Assembly (NCBI GenBank): GCA_963555755.3
Contig: OY820905.2
Span: 160,001 to 224,000, forward strand
DNA from: Nitrospirales bacterium
Lineage (GTDB): Bacteria > Nitrospirota > Nitrospiria > Nitrospirales > UBA8639
Length of the DNA: 64,000 bases
Direction of reading: 5' to 3'
The notes under the pieces were generated by a model. It was not told the DNA's origin. It searched no databases and saw only the letters and a list, made by a program, of their open reading frames with translations. The position numbers and the translations under genes are program-made. Below, piece by piece: positions 61,340 through 64,000 of this stretch. The stretch's first letter is position 1; every line of letters begins with the position of its first letter.

Positions 61340-61727
61340 ACTAGCCAAACGGACTCATGCTCCGCTGTTGATTCTTCCTCAGTAGCCTCTAACGTAGTAA
61401 AACCTAAGGTCTTTCTTAAATCCTACCCAGAAGAATCCTTCAAATCTCTCATCAAGACTTCTGATTCTCAATCAAAATCTCGTTTTGTAGGTACAAGTAT
61501 ATTCTTGACGAAAGATACATTTACCGCTAATAGAAACGACTGTCTTACATTGTTAGATTCATTTTCCTCATGAACAAACAGACCTCATCCATATCTCAAG
61601 GAGCATACATCATGCTACAGCCATTGCCCCTTTCTTTTTTCCGACTCGGGTTCCTGACACTCTCAGCTATCGCAAGCCAAAGCTCAAAGGCAAGAGCTAA
61701 GCCATTGTGGGGAAGCATCCTTTGGGC

Positions 61728-61948
61728 AAATGCGTTGGGAGCGGCGGAGCCGCAGCCCCGAATCGACTTTTCGGCGAGGGCTGTTTGAGTCCTTCGACAA
61801 GACTCAGGATAGACTCCGCGAGTTTCCTCGCCATCTTATTCGGGGCGGAGGCGGAGGAACCCGTAGGGCCGAACACGGGCAGAAATGGTTTTGGGCACTT
61901 TTGCCGAAACAAATGGACCTCGTCGCGCGGGGGCGACACCCCGCATTT
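61728..61948. repeat. GC-rich structured intergenic element with nested REP
   Basis: AAATGCG...CGCATTT ends, internal hairpins (GGGGCGACACCCC), CCTTCGACAAGACTCAGG at 61791; single copy here. Confidence 0.5.
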
Positions 61949-62158
61949 AAAGAAAAACGTTCTGTTTTAATCGATTAGTCGTAACGAAATTGGGTCAGAA
62001 GTAGGGTCAAGCCCTTTTTACTAATATACTACTTTGTGGACGATTCTAACATTCCCTCCGAAAAATGAGACGCGACCTTTCATTTTTTCTATACACCAAA
62101 TTGGATTGCTCCATACACCTCATTGTGCTACTGTCAGTGCTACGAAAGGAGGGTGAGC

Positions 62159-62359
62159 ATGGCACGAACTAATATCGAATTGGAAGACAAACTTGTCAAA
62201 GAAGGGATGAAGGTTTTTCAGTGCAAAACCAAAAAGGAATTAGTGCATCTGGCGCTTCAAGAGTTGTTGAAGAAAGAAAAGCGAAAAGAAATTCTGCAAC
62301 TTCGAGGCAAAGTGAAGTGGGAAGGTAATCTTGATATCATACGAAGGTCACGCCTGTGA
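62159..62359 (+). CDS. vapB: VapB-type antitoxin (RHH, DUF2191-like)
   Basis: RTNIELEDKL..TKKELVHLAL..LRGKVKWEGNL. Confidence 0.9.
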   Translation: MARTNIELEDKLVKEGMKVFQCKTKKELVHLALQELLKKEKRKEILQLRGKVKWEGNLDIIRRSRL

Positions 62360-62763
62360 TTGTTGTTGATACGACCGTCTGGATAGATTTTTTTAATGGA
62401 GTGGGGACTCCGGAAGACCACCATCTTCAAAAACTTATTTCGGAAGACCGGTCAATTGCGCTGACCGATCTCATTTTCTGTGAAATCCTTCAGGGAATAC
62501 CAAACGACAAAGAATACGAGCGCACACGAAATCTTCTTTTGCAGTATCCCATCTTTCTCATGGATGGTCTTCCTATCTTTGAACACGCTGCGATGATCTA
62601 TCGCGCCTGTCGAAAGCGCGGGCTCACCATACGGAAAACCATCGATTGTTTGATAGCATCCGTTTGTATTGCCAATGATCTAGCCTTGTTTCAAAAAGAT
62701 TCGGACTTTGATTACATTGCCCAGGTCACACCATTAAAAGTCCATCACCCCGTTCCAAGGTAA
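62356..62763 (+). CDS. vapC: VapC/PIN-domain toxin
   Basis: MIVVDTTVWIDFF, EILQG, IDCLIA, DSDF. Confidence 0.92.
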   Translation: MIVVDTTVWIDFFNGVGTPEDHHLQKLISEDRSIALTDLIFCEILQGIPNDKEYERTRNLLLQYPIFLMDGLPIFEHAAMIYRACRKRGLTIRKTIDCLIASVCIANDLALFQKDSDFDYIAQVTPLKVHHPVPR

Positions 62764-63189
62764 TTCAGAAAAGGGGTCAATCTTAAGAAAAGGGGTCAAT
62801 CCTATTTAATAATGTAATAGGGGGTTGTGGTCCATTCTCACATTCCTACCTTTCCTGCTATTCCGAACCCTAAAACAGGTGGGTAGAGTACTTGAAATAA
62901 TTCACAGATGTATCAAGAACTCTGATCCCTTGATCCTGGGAAGGTAGCCATCTGGCTTTCTGAGGAAATTTCTCTCTTAGGACACGACTGAGTCTTTAAG
63001 GCGGTCCAGACGGGCTTGGTCTATATAGACCCAGGTGGTTTTTTCTTGTGTGACGTTGACAGAGCCAGTTGGGGGTCTGGTCTTGCACTGCCCCATTGAA
63101 CGGGTTTGTTGAGTGATGCCCACCCTACAACATTGAAGTCAGCGATATTGCCTTATTTTTTTACAATTTTTTTTAATGGAGACTTAAAC

Positions 63190-63957
63190 ATGTTCAGAGC
63201 GTATCCACTATTTATTTTTTGTTCTTTGTTCGTTTTGATGGTGGGGTGCACAACTGCTCCTCCGACTCATATTCCTGTGCCTTCCCAAGTGCCTCCGGCT
63301 CTTTCCTCTTCTGAAGCGATCATTGTTGCCTCACAAAATGAGATTCTTGCCGATGTGGAGAAATCCAATGTTACAATGTACACCGGTGGAGGACTAATTC
63401 CGGCCCTTATTGACGTTGCGATCGAAAGTTCTCGTTCCGACACCACTGAAGAAATGATTGTTCCGATTCGGGAAGCCCTTGCGGATTACGATGTTGGTGC
63501 CCGCATGAAACAGGCTCTTGCTCCTGGGTTACAGACAATTTCCTGGCTACACGTAAAACATGTCGATACGCATTATGATAAACATCCAGATGTAGCGGCC
63601 CATCTTTTGCCACAAGGTTCAACTGATGCGTTGATTCTCATCAATACCTCCTATAAATTGACTTCGGACTTTTCTGCCCTTTCGACAAATGCCGAAATTA
63701 ACGTCTACCCCCGCTCCAATGAATTAAAAAGGTTAACTCCTCCTCAGGAAGGTATGGAGGATTCCCTTGTGCCTTTTTATAAGAATACGGTGTCACGGTG
63801 GTATCCCTTGCCCTCAAATCCTAGTGACCAGGACCTCGCCGTGGGGAAATGGACTCGCGATCAGGGGAAGTTGATTAAGGAAGCCATGGATCAGAATATT
63901 GAGGGGATCTGCAAGGAGCTTCTTGCTGGACTTCGCAACTCCTATACGGAAAGATGA
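63190..63957 (+). CDS. Lipoprotein, hypothetical
   Basis: GGAG RBS, lipobox MVGC, GGGLIPALID segment. Confidence 0.75.
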   Translation: MFRAYPLFIFCSLFVLMVGCTTAPPTHIPVPSQVPPALSSSEAIIVASQNEILADVEKSNVTMYTGGGLIPALIDVAIESSRSDTTEEMIVPIREALADYDVGARMKQALAPGLQTISWLHVKHVDTHYDKHPDVAAHLLPQGSTDALILINTSYKLTSDFSALSTNAEINVYPRSNELKRLTPPQEGMEDSLVPFYKNTVSRWYPLPSNPSDQDLAVGKWTRDQGKLIKEAMDQNIEGICKELLAGLRNSYTER

Positions 63958-64000
63958 ATTTTGTCGGGAAGCTGGTGGGGGTCCTGCCTATCAATCTAAA

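Noticed and set aside
61991..63100. Integron attC sites around vapBC
   Set aside because: No RYYYAAC...GTTRRRY paired ends or integrase seen; reported instead as a different direct-repeat motif

Overview
Ordinary-GC (~50%) bacterial chromosome segment, most consistent with a Nitrospirales nitrite oxidiser (inferred from gene content, not verified). The backbone carries lhr, trxA-recN, radA, tsaB-rimI, two tatC paralogs, degP, a Moco/Fe-S maturation cluster with a hexahaem cytochrome, tRNA-Thr(TGT), and a complete porin-urtABCDE-ureABCFGD urea operon. It is overlaid by a dense mobilome: a group II intron, IS4, IS110 (IS1111 type), ISAs1, at least five MITE families and several REP-like elements. 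Main observations: (1) The IS110 sits inside the terminal repeat of a 163-bp MITE that disrupts an alcohol dehydrogenase. Its 3' non-coding end folds into a bridge-RNA-like structure whose internal loops match the MITE end (target) and the element's own circle junction (donor). (2) The urea operon leader contains a sigma70 promoter cut off by an ISAs1 insertion, an ANTAR-like attenuator, a 47-aa sORF and two copies of a structured motif I do not recognise. (3) A recurring, often tandemly duplicated GGGGTCA motif bounds TA and lipoprotein cassettes and is the target of both the intron and IS4. (4) A c-di-GMP-I riboswitch with a terminator precedes a sigma28 gene. All product calls come from motif recognition; no database searches were run.
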